Virus record (IMG/VR): IMGVR_UViG_3300047445_000242
Coordinates: 1,472-65,471 of that record
Reading direction: 5' to 3' (one strand)
Origin: a virus
Lineage: Duplodnaviria; Caudoviricetes
Length of the DNA stretch: 64,000 nt
Under the pieces are notes generated by a model that worked only from the letters and a program-made list of their open reading frames with translations, was not told the origin of the DNA and made no database searches. Position numbers and translations under genes: made by a program. Shown here piece after piece: positions 26,772 to 36,307 of the stretch. Position 1 is the first letter of the stretch; every line of letters begins with the position of its first letter.

Positions 26772-27064
26772 CGCTGGTACACCGTCCACAAAATCGTATC
26801 GCCGGGAAAGAGGCCGACCGTCCCCACGCGCCACCGGAAGAAGCCCGAATACATTTCGATGTAGCCCGCGCCGGTCGCCACCACGGTGAAGTCGGGGCTG
26901 TTGGTGAAGCCGCCGCCCACGCCGATGTCGGCGTAGTGGTCGTCTCCTGGGAAGGCCTGGGGGGGCGCGATGAAGGCGCCGTTCGCGATGATCTTGCTGT
27001 ACCTGTCCTGGAGGTCAACGATCAATTCCCCGGACGGCGAAAAGACTTGCAGGCCTTGAGGCAT
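26768..27064 (-). CDS. Small tail-tip-associated protein
   Basis: MPQGLQVFSPSGELIVDL motif. Coupled to the tail-tip gene. Confidence 0.65.
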   Translation of the reverse strand: MPQGLQVFSPSGELIVDLQDRYSKIIANGAFIAPPQAFPGDDHYADIGVGGGFTNSPDFTVVATGAGYIEMYSGFFRWRVGTVGLFPGDTILWTVYQR

Positions 27065-28353
27065 TACCAAATCCCCATTCGCACACGCATGGTGCCGGCG
27101 CCGTCATAGACCCGAATCTGGTTGGCCTCGATTTCGGTGCGCGCGCCACTCGACGCCGTGCGCAGCAGGCCGACATTGGCGGTGATCGCGGACAGCGTGG
27201 AGACGTTGATGTTCGACGCCACCACGGCGCCGGCGGCGATCTTGCCGACCGTGATGGAGCCATTCGGCATCACCAGCGTGCCGTCAGCGCCGAGCCTGAA
27301 GCCCACGCCGGTACCGGCGTTGTAGTTCGATGACCGGATGGCGTCGCTCGCGATGACGATGCCGCCGATCGCGCCGGCGGTGGCCACGATGGTCCCGCGC
27401 AGCACGGCGTTCGAGGCCTCCAGGTTGCCCACGCCATCGATGCGCCAGCCCACGCCGCTCGGGCCGCTCACGAACCCCGTGCTCTCGATGTACTCGCCGA
27501 CCGAAACGCTGCCCGCGGTGATCTTGGCCGCGCTGACGCTGGCGATCTTCGCGTTATCGACCGCGAGGCTCCCGATCTTGGCGTTCGTGATGACCCCATT
27601 CATGACGAACAGGTCGCGCATATAGACGCCGACCGGGACCGTGACCCCGTTGTTCGTGATCGGCGTGGTCACCACGCTGAATAGGCCGGCATCGGTCGGG
27701 CCCGTCTCGCTGGCCACGTAGATGAGGTCCGCGCGCAGGGCGAGCTTGGTGTAGGGCGCGGTCGGGTCTTCGGCCGCGGCCGTGAGCGCGTCGATCAACT
27801 TGCTCACGTCCTCGCCCGTCTTCACCTCCAGGCCGTTGACGCCGCCGGCGGGCTGCGACAGTGCGCCGGCGCGGCTCTGCCACTTGATCCACATGCGCCA
27901 GGTGCTGGCGGGCTCGGCCGGGTAGGCGCCCACCGCGCCGCTGAAGTCGCACAAGGGCAGGGCGTTCGCGAAGGTCGGCAGGGGGTCGCCAGGGCTCATG
28001 AGCTTGCCGTAGACCAGCGTGCGGGCGTGGCCGCCCCCGTTGGTATAGCTCGGCGTGTCGTGTTCGATCACGATCCGCGTGATGCCGCCTGTGACCAAGA
28101 ACCCGGTGGGGGTCGGCGGTGGCAGGTTGTTGCCTGGCCCGGTGCCTGGTCCGGTGATCGGGGGCACGTTGCCGCCGCCTTGCCAGTTCGGATTGACGAC
28201 CACCACGCCGGACTCGGACAAGTCGCCGACCGTGACGAAGCGATCGAACCTGTTGCCCATGCGCCCGAGCCCGCGCATCATTTCCTCGCGCATGCGATCG
28301 TCGTAGTTACCCGCCTTCGGCGTCGGGATGTCCTTGCGGCGATCGGTGGCCAT
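27064..28353 (-). CDS. Tail tip/central fibre protein (J-like C-terminus)
   Basis: FN3-like segment, GVITNAKIG..VDNAKI..KITAG repeats, ends VYDGAGTMRVRMGIW. Confidence 0.75.
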   Translation of the reverse strand: MATDRRKDIPTPKAGNYDDRMREEMMRGLGRMGNRFDRFVTVGDLSESGVVVVNPNWQGGGNVPPITGPGTGPGNNLPPPTPTGFLVTGGITRIVIEHDTPSYTNGGGHARTLVYGKLMSPGDPLPTFANALPLCDFSGAVGAYPAEPASTWRMWIKWQSRAGALSQPAGGVNGLEVKTGEDVSKLIDALTAAAEDPTAPYTKLALRADLIYVASETGPTDAGLFSVVTTPITNNGVTVPVGVYMRDLFVMNGVITNAKIGSLAVDNAKIASVSAAKITAGSVSVGEYIESTGFVSGPSGVGWRIDGVGNLEASNAVLRGTIVATAGAIGGIVIASDAIRSSNYNAGTGVGFRLGADGTLVMPNGSITVGKIAAGAVVASNINVSTLSAITANVGLLRTASSGARTEIEANQIRVYDGAGTMRVRMGIW

Positions 28354-30047
28354 CAGTTGCCCGCCTCCGCGAGCTCGTCCACGCTCGTGGCCACGGCAAC
28401 CCACTGCACGGCGCCGCTGGTCTGGATTTCGACCTGGTGCGATCGCGCGGTGAAGCCGCCAGGCAGGCGGAACGTGCGATTGCTCTGCACCGTGCGCGTG
28501 TGGCGCAGCACGCCGGCGGACGGGTTGGTGAACTTGCCGGGGTAGTGCGCCATCACCCGCGTGATGACGCCGGCGTCGAGCTCCAGCGCATCGAAAACCG
28601 CGGTCACTGGGAAGGCGTCGGCCTCGATCCGTGCCGCGGCGTAGTTGCGCGCAGTGCTGGCGAAAATCTTGGACCTGAAGACGGCCGTCATGAAGGCCAC
28701 GCCGGCGTCCCACTTCTTGATCGTGGTGCCGTCGAGCACGTAGAGCTCGTCCTGGGCGTCGTCGAAGAACATCGACTCGAAGCCCTGGTCGAGGAAGTAG
28801 ATGCCCGCCGGCGAGAGGCAGTCCATGAAGAAGCCGCGGCGCACGCCACTGCCGTCGAGGTAGCTGCCGAAATAGGCGCCCTTATAGGCCGCACCGGTCA
28901 TCGACTCGGGATTCAGGGCCTGCCACTGCTCGGGCGTCACAATGCCGGAGGTCACGATCGTGGGCCCGCTCTCGCCCACGTAGCAAAGACCGTCACCAGA
29001 GGCCCAGGCGGCCCCGTGGCCGAGCCCTACGGCGCTGCGCGGGGCAACACACGCCTGGAGCATTTCGAGGGGCTGCTCGTCGAGGGATTCAGGACTCGAG
29101 CCTGTCACCAGCACCGGCTTGCCCGTGGTCATCACGAGTAGCCGCTGGCCGAAGACGGCGAGCGCCACCGCCTTCGCGTTGGGCGGGAGCGTCTCCTGCG
29201 CAATCGGCCAGGCATAGGGCTTGTACGCCAGGCAGTAGCGCACGCTGCCATCGTCGGGGACGATCGCCGCGGCCATGCCGTTCCACATCGCCGTGAGGTA
29301 GGAAAGGTTCGCCGGCGGCGGCGTCCAGCCATCGGTCGGCAGGACCTCGCCGAGCGCGCGGCCGTCATCGGTCGTCGTCGTGATGGTCGAGATTTCTTCG
29401 CGCAGGAAGAAGAACTCGGCATTGCCGCTGTTCCCGCTCTGCGTGCGATAGAAGCGGATGCGGTTGATGCCGTACTCGCCCGCCGGCGGCGCCGCGATGT
29501 TGGTGATGGTGAGCGTGTCGTCGGTCTTGCAGGTCACCTTGGCCGACACCAGCGCCGGCGCGCTCTCCTCGCCCAGGTCCGTCACGTAGGTGTACGTGTA
29601 GAACCGGTCCTCCATGTCGGTGGCCACGCCTGTGTCGTTGGGCGTGACCACGAGCACCTGTGCGGGCGCTGGGATGCCCAACAGGCGCCAGGCCGAAGGG
29701 TAGGGCGTGTCTTCCAGGCCGATCGCGTTGGAGGTCTGCTTGGGTGGCCCGTCGCCCGTGTAGAACGTGCGCTCGGTCGTGTCGCCGCTGATGAAGCCAT
29801 GAATCGCATGCACCACGGTCGGCCAGGTCAGCCAGTACAGCGTGTCGCTCGCGAGCTCGCGGCCCATGCGGTAGATCGTCTCCGTCCCGATGGGCACGGT
29901 GTAGACAGCCAGCGGCAGGCGCCAGGGGCGCAGATCGCCGCGGCCTGGCTTGTGGTTGCGCGAGTCCACGCCCACCGTATCAGCCAGCAGCTTGGGGTGC
30001 AGTGCGAGGGCGGCGCCAGAGAAACCGGCGATGTTGTTGCGGCTCAT
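28353..30047 (-). CDS. Tail nozzle/stabilisation protein
   Basis: 564 aa beta-rich. YTYTYVTDLGEESAP, PYAWP, FRLPGG motifs. Position in the tail module. Confidence 0.7.
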   Translation of the reverse strand: MSRNNIAGFSGAALALHPKLLADTVGVDSRNHKPGRGDLRPWRLPLAVYTVPIGTETIYRMGRELASDTLYWLTWPTVVHAIHGFISGDTTERTFYTGDGPPKQTSNAIGLEDTPYPSAWRLLGIPAPAQVLVVTPNDTGVATDMEDRFYTYTYVTDLGEESAPALVSAKVTCKTDDTLTITNIAAPPAGEYGINRIRFYRTQSGNSGNAEFFFLREEISTITTTTDDGRALGEVLPTDGWTPPPANLSYLTAMWNGMAAAIVPDDGSVRYCLAYKPYAWPIAQETLPPNAKAVALAVFGQRLLVMTTGKPVLVTGSSPESLDEQPLEMLQACVAPRSAVGLGHGAAWASGDGLCYVGESGPTIVTSGIVTPEQWQALNPESMTGAAYKGAYFGSYLDGSGVRRGFFMDCLSPAGIYFLDQGFESMFFDDAQDELYVLDGTTIKKWDAGVAFMTAVFRSKIFASTARNYAAARIEADAFPVTAVFDALELDAGVITRVMAHYPGKFTNPSAGVLRHTRTVQSNRTFRLPGGFTARSHQVEIQTSGAVQWVAVATSVDELAEAGN

Positions 30048-30050
30048 GGG

Positions 30051-30692
30051 TCAGTCGGCCGCCACGAGGTAGCCGTTCATGTACGTGAGCGTTCCGCCCG
30101 CATCGCCGATGATGCCGGCGCCAGCGCCACCACTGGCAACGATTGCCCATAGCTCGATGTACTCGGTGGTTCCATTGAGGTGGACTAGCGTCGATCCTGT
30201 GCAAATCGCCGTTGTGGTGTCCGACGCGCTTGCGGCCCGCGTGGAGAGTTGCTTATGCGCCGCGCCGGTCTTGTAGAGATACCCGGCACCCGTTGAAAAT
30301 GCCGCCCCGCTGCCGATACACACGGCCGCGTTGATCTGGTACCAGCCGGCCTTCGTCGGCTGAAACCGATTGTTGACGGTGCTGAAAACGTTCGCGGTGT
30401 CGGTGTCTTCGACGTTCAACGCCACTTTCTGCGCGGTGCCGATGCTCGCAAAGGCAGTGTTTGCTGTGATGTACACGCTGAACATATTCAGCTTCGCCGG
30501 GGTCTGCTTGATGACGCCGCCAGCCGTGACATCACCAGCGGCGTCGATGCTCAAGATGTCCTGCGTCGTCGCGCCTGGAAGCCCTCGCGCGAGCTTCATC
30601 GTTCCATCGGGCACGGCCGGCGTGGTCAGCGAGAAGTTTTGCGCGGCCGTGGCGCTGACGCCGATCTGATAGTTGTCGGTCTTGACGGTCAT
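30051..30692 (-). CDS. Short tail fibre subunit with C1q-like C-terminal domain
   Basis: NNRFQPTKAGWYQINA, LVHLNGTTEYIELW, YMNGYLV. Confidence 0.7.
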   Translation of the reverse strand: MTVKTDNYQIGVSATAAQNFSLTTPAVPDGTMKLARGLPGATTQDILSIDAAGDVTAGGVIKQTPAKLNMFSVYITANTAFASIGTAQKVALNVEDTDTANVFSTVNNRFQPTKAGWYQINAAVCIGSGAAFSTGAGYLYKTGAAHKQLSTRAASASDTTTAICTGSTLVHLNGTTEYIELWAIVASGGAGAGIIGDAGGTLTYMNGYLVAAD

Positions 30693-30701
30693 CGTGCGTC
30701 C

Positions 30702-31343
30702 TTAGAGTTTGAAGCAGGGCAGCATGCCGATGGCGCTCACGCGGACGGAGGCGGTCGTCTGGTTGGCAGTCGCGCCCGCGTTGGTACCTGGCGCAAAAAT
30801 GATATTGATGTTGTCGGTAGCAAACGTCTGATCCGGGTTGATCGGCTGCGATCCAGCGTGGGCCGCACGCAGCGTCGTGTCATTCAACGTGTCGTAGTAG
30901 TGGCGGGTCGCTTCCAGCTTCTCGCCGTTGGCAATGCGCGAGCCGGCGCCACGCGGATGGCGGTCGCGCACGTCGAACACCGTGAGGCGTTTGAGCGCGG
31001 CCCAGTCGGCCGCAGCGCTAGCGCCGCGCGTGGAGCCAGCGCCAGCGCTCGTCAGGATCGGGCACAGCGCATCGCTGTAGTCGGTCCACCAGAGCGTGAA
31101 AAGTGCCAGCGTGTCCACGTTGGCCCTGGTCGCCCCGCTGCCCACATTGCCGATGGTCCCGCCATCGCCTGCGACCCAGCCTGTTGGGGCCGAGGCGCGC
31201 ATCTTCATAGTGAAGTCGCCTGTCGCGAAGATGCTTCCGTCATTGGCGACGATGACCTTGCCAGCCGAGTCGAATTTGATCTTCTCGACGCCATCGGCCA
31301 GGATCGCGCCGCCAGTGGCGTCCGAACGGAAAGAGAGTGTCAT
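30702..31343 (-). CDS. Short tail fibre subunit with tail-collar-like domain
   Basis: APTGWVAGDG.TIG...LFTLWW...VFDVRDRHPRG...MLPCFK. Confidence 0.7.
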   Translation of the reverse strand: MTLSFRSDATGGAILADGVEKIKFDSAGKVIVANDGSIFATGDFTMKMRASAPTGWVAGDGGTIGNVGSGATRANVDTLALFTLWWTDYSDALCPILTSAGAGSTRGASAAADWAALKRLTVFDVRDRHPRGAGSRIANGEKLEATRHYYDTLNDTTLRAAHAGSQPINPDQTFATDNINIIFAPGTNAGATANQTTASVRVSAIGMLPCFKL

Positions 31344-31352
31344 GGTGGTCCT

Positions 31353-32192
31353 TTAGAGACGAGCGCTTGCGGTCCAGTGGAAGAAGACGCGAGAGGGGTT
31401 GTTCGTCGTGGTGAATATCTTGAATCCACGCTCGCTCTTGTTATCGATGGTGCTGGGCTGGTTGTTGTTCTGACTGCCGGCGGCGGTGAAGCTGGTGATG
31501 TAGTTCGCAGCGTTGCTAAGCCCGTTGGCGTCGTAGGTGACGATGGTGGGCGTCGGCGACTTCATGGAGACGGGGAAAAGAACTCGGTGGGCAAGCGATG
31601 TCGGAACGGCATTTGAGGCAAGCCCGCCGTCTTCGCCGCCCCCGTCAATGCCCGTGTTTGCGCCAGGCGCCACAGATTGCCGATGGGACTTGCAAAAATA
31701 CTGCTGGCACAGTGCCATTTCGACGCTCAAGCGGCGCCGCTCGTAGACGGTGGCCGTGTCGCCGTATTCGAGTTGCGCTCGGCCGACCGTGCCGGCGTTG
31801 AATTCGACATTGAGGGCGGCTCCTGCCGCGATGCCCGTGACAGCCACGCCAGTCGCCCCGTAGGCGCCGCCGTTGATGCGTGCTTGCGCCGTGCCGGCCC
31901 AGGAGGCGATGTAATTCCCCGCCTCCACCTCGTCGGGGTCGGCGATTTGCAGCAGCGTGCCCGCCGAAATGGTGATGGTCACGTCGCGGCCAGAGGTCGC
32001 AAACGTGTACGTGCACCCGCCTGCGCCGGCCTTCCACCCGTCATGCCCATAGGCGCCAGCCCCAAGCGTGACCGTCCCGGACAGCGCGAGTTGGTTCACC
32101 TTGAAATTGCCGTTGATGAGCACATTGCGCATTTCGGCCGGGTAGGTCGTCTGTCCCGTGATGGGACCATTGCCGTCGATCTTCACGCTCAT
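31353..32192 (-). CDS. Short tail fibre subunit with carbohydrate-binding-like domain
   Basis: RNVLINGNFKVNQ...DGW...QLEYGDTATVYERR...EMALCQQYF. Confidence 0.7.
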   Translation of the reverse strand: MSVKIDGNGPITGQTTYPAEMRNVLINGNFKVNQLALSGTVTLGAGAYGHDGWKAGAGGCTYTFATSGRDVTITISAGTLLQIADPDEVEAGNYIASWAGTAQARINGGAYGATGVAVTGIAAGAALNVEFNAGTVGRAQLEYGDTATVYERRRLSVEMALCQQYFCKSHRQSVAPGANTGIDGGGEDGGLASNAVPTSLAHRVLFPVSMKSPTPTIVTYDANGLSNAANYITSFTAAGSQNNNQPSTIDNKSERGFKIFTTTNNPSRVFFHWTASARL

Positions 32193-32202
32193 GGCGATGT
32201 CC

Positions 32203-33774
32203 TTAAACGATGGTGAGGGTCGAGCCCGCGGGCACGGTGATCGTTGCACCTGGTGCTACGGTCATCGGCCCGGCCACCATGGCATTGCGGCCGGTGGTGA
32301 TCGTGTAGTCGGTGTTCGCGGTGGCGTCGCTCTCGTAGAAGATCGAGTCGTTCCCGCCCCCCGCTGCGCCGCCGAGCGAGCCCCAGGCGCTGGCGCCGTA
32401 GCCTTCCCAGCGGCCGAGCGTGCTGCTGTAGCGCAGCTTCCCGGTCACGCCGGTGCCGCGCTGCGCGGTGGTGCCCGAGGGCATCAAGGCCGCGCCCGTG
32501 GCGTTGTCCTTGGTCACGGTGGTGATCGTGTCCGACTTGCCGGCAACGGTCGCGATCAAGTCGGTGATCTGCTTCTGCAGCTTGCCCGCGGCCGTCAGCA
32601 CGGTGTCGGCCGCGGTGATGGCTGCATTGGTGACCAGGCTTAGGCCCGTCAACGCGGTGGCCAGGACGCGAGCGGTCGTGAAGTACTTGTTCGTTGCCCC
32701 CTCGGGCACGGCGTCGGTGCTGCCGGGCGAGGCGCTGATTTCGATGTACGACGAACCGCCCCAGCGATAGGTCAGATTCGAGTCGAGCGCAACGTAAATC
32801 TTCCCCGTCTCGCCCGTAGCCGGGAATGCCGCGAGGTTCGCGAATTCGAGCACGTCATCAACGTAGGCCGGGAGTTGCGCTGCGGGTACTTTGCCGGCCA
32901 CCAGATCGGCCTTCAGGGCCATATCGGTCGTGTAGGTGCTGGTGTTGACCTTCAGGTCGAGCGCGGTCTGCGTGGGGCCGCTGACCGGCTTGACGGCATC
33001 GGCCGTGTTGTCGATGTTCGTGATGCTCAACGCAGTGCGCGCTTGCGCGAGACTGATGGTGCCGGTCAAGCCGACCCACGAGGCCACCGGGCCGCCCGCG
33101 ATGCTCTGCGCCCAGTATTTCGCGCTGTACTCGCCGCCCGAAACTGGGCCGTCCGTCTTGATGGCCCAGGCCTGCGCGTCGATCGCGTAGTAGCGCGCGC
33201 TGTACAGCCCGCCGCCCACGGGAGTCACGAGTTGCGTGGCCCAGGCCTGCGCCAGCGTGGCCGAGCCGTTCGCACTCGTGGCCGCGCCTGTGGCGATGCC
33301 GGCTTGCGTGGTCGAAATGTCGGCCTGTGCGGTGGCCGTGCCCGCGGCGCCAGTGGCGATGCCGGCCTGCGTCGTCGCCGTGGCCGCGGCTGCGACTGCA
33401 ATATCTCGCGCGGCCAGGACCTGGCCAATGATGAGCGAGCCGTTGTCCAGGCCGTCATAAACGGGCAGGCCGGCCACCTCCCAGAGGTTGCAGTTCGGCT
33501 GGTTGGGGATGACCGCGGTGGTCTTCAGCGTCTTGCCGAGGGACGTGATCTTGATGAGGTATTCCGACTCGACGGCGCCCAGCTGGTTGGGCCAGAGGTC
33601 GAGCGTGCACTCGCCGTTCACATCGGTGATCGCGAATGTCTTGTGGGGGGTGACGTAGCCGTCATCGACCTCGAACGTCGAGAGCGTGGCCTCGACCCGC
33701 GCGCCCTCGACCGGCGTGCCCTCCACAGAGTCATTGATGATGCAGAGGACGGCGCAAGTGGTGACAGCTGCCAT
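32203..33774 (-). CDS. Proximal tail fibre/adaptor protein
   Basis: Ala/Thr repeats, YSAKYWA, DLVAGKVPAAQLPAYVDDVLEF, C-terminal DYTITTGRNAMVAGPMTV..GSTLTIV. Confidence 0.75.
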   Translation of the reverse strand: MAAVTTCAVLCIINDSVEGTPVEGARVEATLSTFEVDDGYVTPHKTFAITDVNGECTLDLWPNQLGAVESEYLIKITSLGKTLKTTAVIPNQPNCNLWEVAGLPVYDGLDNGSLIIGQVLAARDIAVAAAATATTQAGIATGAAGTATAQADISTTQAGIATGAATSANGSATLAQAWATQLVTPVGGGLYSARYYAIDAQAWAIKTDGPVSGGEYSAKYWAQSIAGGPVASWVGLTGTISLAQARTALSITNIDNTADAVKPVSGPTQTALDLKVNTSTYTTDMALKADLVAGKVPAAQLPAYVDDVLEFANLAAFPATGETGKIYVALDSNLTYRWGGSSYIEISASPGSTDAVPEGATNKYFTTARVLATALTGLSLVTNAAITAADTVLTAAGKLQKQITDLIATVAGKSDTITTVTKDNATGAALMPSGTTAQRGTGVTGKLRYSSTLGRWEGYGASAWGSLGGAAGGGNDSIFYESDATANTDYTITTGRNAMVAGPMTVAPGATITVPAGSTLTIV

Positions 33775-33783
33775 GGGAGCTCC

Positions 33784-34383
33784 TTATTTCCAGATCGGGA
33801 CTACGCGCGGCGCGTTGCGGCTGTTGCCGCGCCAGAGCTTGACCTTCACGCGGGCGCACTTGAGCTCGAATGCATCCAGGTCGAGCGATGCCGCGGACAC
33901 GTCCGTGTATGCCTTCTGGGGCTGGCGTTTCAGGATCGCGCCGGCGCCCAGCGTGATGAGGCTGACGTGCTCGTCGTACAGGAAGTCTTCGACGCCGGTA
34001 GCGCCGTTGCCTGGCTTGATGGCGCAGGTAAGCGCGATCAGCTGGCCAGCGGCCGGCACGGGGCTCACGATGACCGTTTTGCCGTCGAAGCACGAGACGG
34101 TATCGCGGCAACGGTGCGCGGCCTGGTGCTCGGTTCCCACCTCGATGTCGCGGCCGTCCAGCTGCGCACGCTCGATGCGCACGAGCTCGGTGTTGCGATC
34201 CAGCGGGAGGTCGTACTCGTCGGTATCGGCGATCGCCTCGATCGGGTCCATCACCACGCGCCAGGCTCGAGTCTTTTCACAGAACATCTGCACGGCGCGC
34301 CGAATGGCGTGCTCGGCCACGGACTCGGGGCAACCTGGCACGTTGGGCATGAGGTCGGGGAAGAACTGCTCGAACGTTTTCAT
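33784..34383 (-). CDS. Head-tail adaptor protein
   Basis: VPGCP...AIRRAVQMFCEKTRAW motif. Position after capsid genes. Confidence 0.7.
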   Translation of the reverse strand: MKTFEQFFPDLMPNVPGCPESVAEHAIRRAVQMFCEKTRAWRVVMDPIEAIADTDEYDLPLDRNTELVRIERAQLDGRDIEVGTEHQAAHRCRDTVSCFDGKTVIVSPVPAAGQLIALTCAIKPGNGATGVEDFLYDEHVSLITLGAGAILKRQPQKAYTDVSAASLDLDAFELKCARVKVKLWRGNSRNAPRVVPIWK

Positions 34384-34384
34384 G

Positions 34385-35017
34385 TCATTTCCGCCTCGGT
34401 TGAACTGCGGTGTCGGTCTGCGTCTTGCCCGTCAGCGCCTGCGTGAAGGCCGCCAGGTGGTTCGCTGCGCCGGCCTGGTCGGCAGGGTCGTCGCTGTCCT
34501 GCATGCGCGCCCTGAAGCACACGTAGTCGATCAGCGGGCCCTCGAACGAATCGGGGATCGGCACGGTCTGGCCCAGCGCGGTGATGGGCGCCGGCGTGAA
34601 CGAGACGGCGATGCGCAGCTTCGCACCCACCAGCGCCGGCGGCGTCACGTCGAACGTGCGCGGCGTGGTGGCATCGACCATGTACTGGCGGGTTGGCCGT
34701 GCGGCCGCGCCGCGCCAGTTGAGGTCGATCTGGTCGAGCGAGTCCCGGTTCGTCAGCGTCACGCCGCGGCCCACCGTGTTGTCCGTGTTGACGTTGTGCA
34801 GCACGTCGAGGAGCGCGATCGCATCCGCTGGGATGGTCTGCTCGACGCCGGCCACCAGCACGATGGTTTCGCGGCGGGAGCTCGCATCGGGCCGCAGGGC
34901 AATGACTTGAGAGACGCCAGTGGTCAGCCATCCCAGCATGTCGGGATCGCTCCAGCGATCGCCGCCTACGTCCTGCAGCAGCAGGCGAGCTTTGCCCAGC
35001 GGTTGCGATGCGAGCAT
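34385..35017 (-). CDS. Head-tail adaptor protein
   Basis: LQD..GDRW...ML.WL...RPDA...LIDYVCFRA motif. Confidence 0.7.
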   Translation of the reverse strand: MLASQPLGKARLLLQDVGGDRWSDPDMLGWLTTGVSQVIALRPDASSRRETIVLVAGVEQTIPADAIALLDVLHNVNTDNTVGRGVTLTNRDSLDQIDLNWRGAAARPTRQYMVDATTPRTFDVTPPALVGAKLRIAVSFTPAPITALGQTVPIPDSFEGPLIDYVCFRARMQDSDDPADQAGAANHLAAFTQALTGKTQTDTAVQPRRK

Positions 35018-35021
35018 GGCC

Positions 35022-35693
35022 TTACTCCTGGCCGGCGGCCGCGTTGATGGCGTTCAGGATGACGGTGCGGATTTTGTCGCCCTTGAGACCGTTGTTCACC
35101 GGGACGCCGATCGACTTGGCGAACACGCGCAGCGCCTTGTCGTCGAGCGTGGCCAGGTCGAGCTCGGTGCCGTCGCCGTTCTTGATGACCCACTTGGTCG
35201 CAGCGCCGGCGGCGTTGTCGGTGTCCATCTGCTCGCGCTGCTTGAGCAACAGGGCGTTGGCTTCGGACTCGATCGCGTCGTCAATGTCCGCCTGGTCCTG
35301 CGCGTTCCACTGCGATTTCGTCTTGCCGCTGCGCTTGAAAGCGGCGTCCACCAGGTCGGCAACCTTCACCGATGCCGAGCCGAGCGTGACGGTCTCGTCG
35401 GTGAGCTTGCTTGAGCCGACCAGGACCTGGGCGCGGCGCGCGATCGCTGCGGCATCTTCGGGCTTGATGACCTCGCCGGTCGCTGCAGCTGGTGCGGCCG
35501 GGGCGCCGGCGGCGGGCGGCTCGCCCTCGTAGGGCTGGTATGCCTCGGGGATGGCGCGCACCAGGTGTGCAGCCGCGGCCTTGTCGGTCACGTTGCACAC
35601 GATGTCGCCGGCGGCGTTGGCTTTGAAGGCCCAGTCAGCGCCCATGAGGTTGACGGTGATCGGGTCGCGGCGGCGATAAGCGGAAATGAGCAT
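35022..35693 (-). CDS. Hypothetical virion-associated protein
   Basis: 223-aa ORF with GGAG RBS. Confidence 0.65.
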   Translation of the reverse strand: MLISAYRRRDPITVNLMGADWAFKANAAGDIVCNVTDKAAAAHLVRAIPEAYQPYEGEPPAAGAPAAPAAATGEVIKPEDAAAIARRAQVLVGSSKLTDETVTLGSASVKVADLVDAAFKRSGKTKSQWNAQDQADIDDAIESEANALLLKQREQMDTDNAAGAATKWVIKNGDGTELDLATLDDKALRVFAKSIGVPVNNGLKGDKIRTVILNAINAAAGQE

Positions 35694-35784
35694 CTTGCTT
35701 CTCCAGAAAGTGAGGGTTTGGACATGCGAAACGGGGAGCGTCAGCCCCCCGTCTCTCTACACACGCGCCGGGGGTCAGCTTTTC

Positions 35785-36234
35785 TTAGCCGCTGACCAGG
35801 TGCAGGTTGACCAGGATGGTCTTGCCGGCCAGGGCGGCCGTCGCGGCGATCGTGGTGCACTTCAGCGAGATAACCCGCGCAGCGCTGGCGTCGTCAAGCG
35901 CTTGCACGGCGGTCGAGGCTTCGATCACGTTGCCGTTTGCGCCGCGGCCTGGGATCAGGCCGGCCTCGTAGACGCGCAGCAGATCGTCGCGCGTGGCGTT
36001 CTCCACGCCGATCGAGAAAGCGAGCGTCGGGGTGCCGTTGCTGTCCAGCTGGGGGGCGATGATGTCGAAGTCGGTGACCTTGACGCCGGGGTCCACGTTG
36101 ATGAGCGCCAGCAGATCGCCCGCGGCCAGGACGGCCGGCAGAACGATCCAGAGCGGGATGATCGAGACAAAGGCGCAGTCGGGACGCGGAAGCGACTTCT
36201 TGCCGGTGATGTAGTCGGAAACAGTGCGTGCCAT
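35785..36234 (-). CDS. Capsid-associated (decoration) protein
   Basis: 149 aa directly after the MCP gene. AGD...LDSNGTPTL motif. Confidence 0.7.
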   Translation of the reverse strand: MARTVSDYITGKKSLPRPDCAFVSIIPLWIVLPAVLAAGDLLALINVDPGVKVTDFDIIAPQLDSNGTPTLAFSIGVENATRDDLLRVYEAGLIPGRGANGNVIEASTAVQALDDASAARVISLKCTTIAATAALAGKTILVNLHLVSG

Positions 36235-36307
36235 TTGAGGCTCCTAGAAGTTGAAAAAGCGAAGGGTTGCGAGGTGAATGGGCCGACCCGAAGGCCGGCC
36301 CGCCCGA

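Noticed and set aside
30051-33774. Possible diversity-generating retroelement or invertible tail-fibre cassette
   Set aside because: No reverse transcriptase, invertase, TR/VR pair or inverted crossover sites seen.
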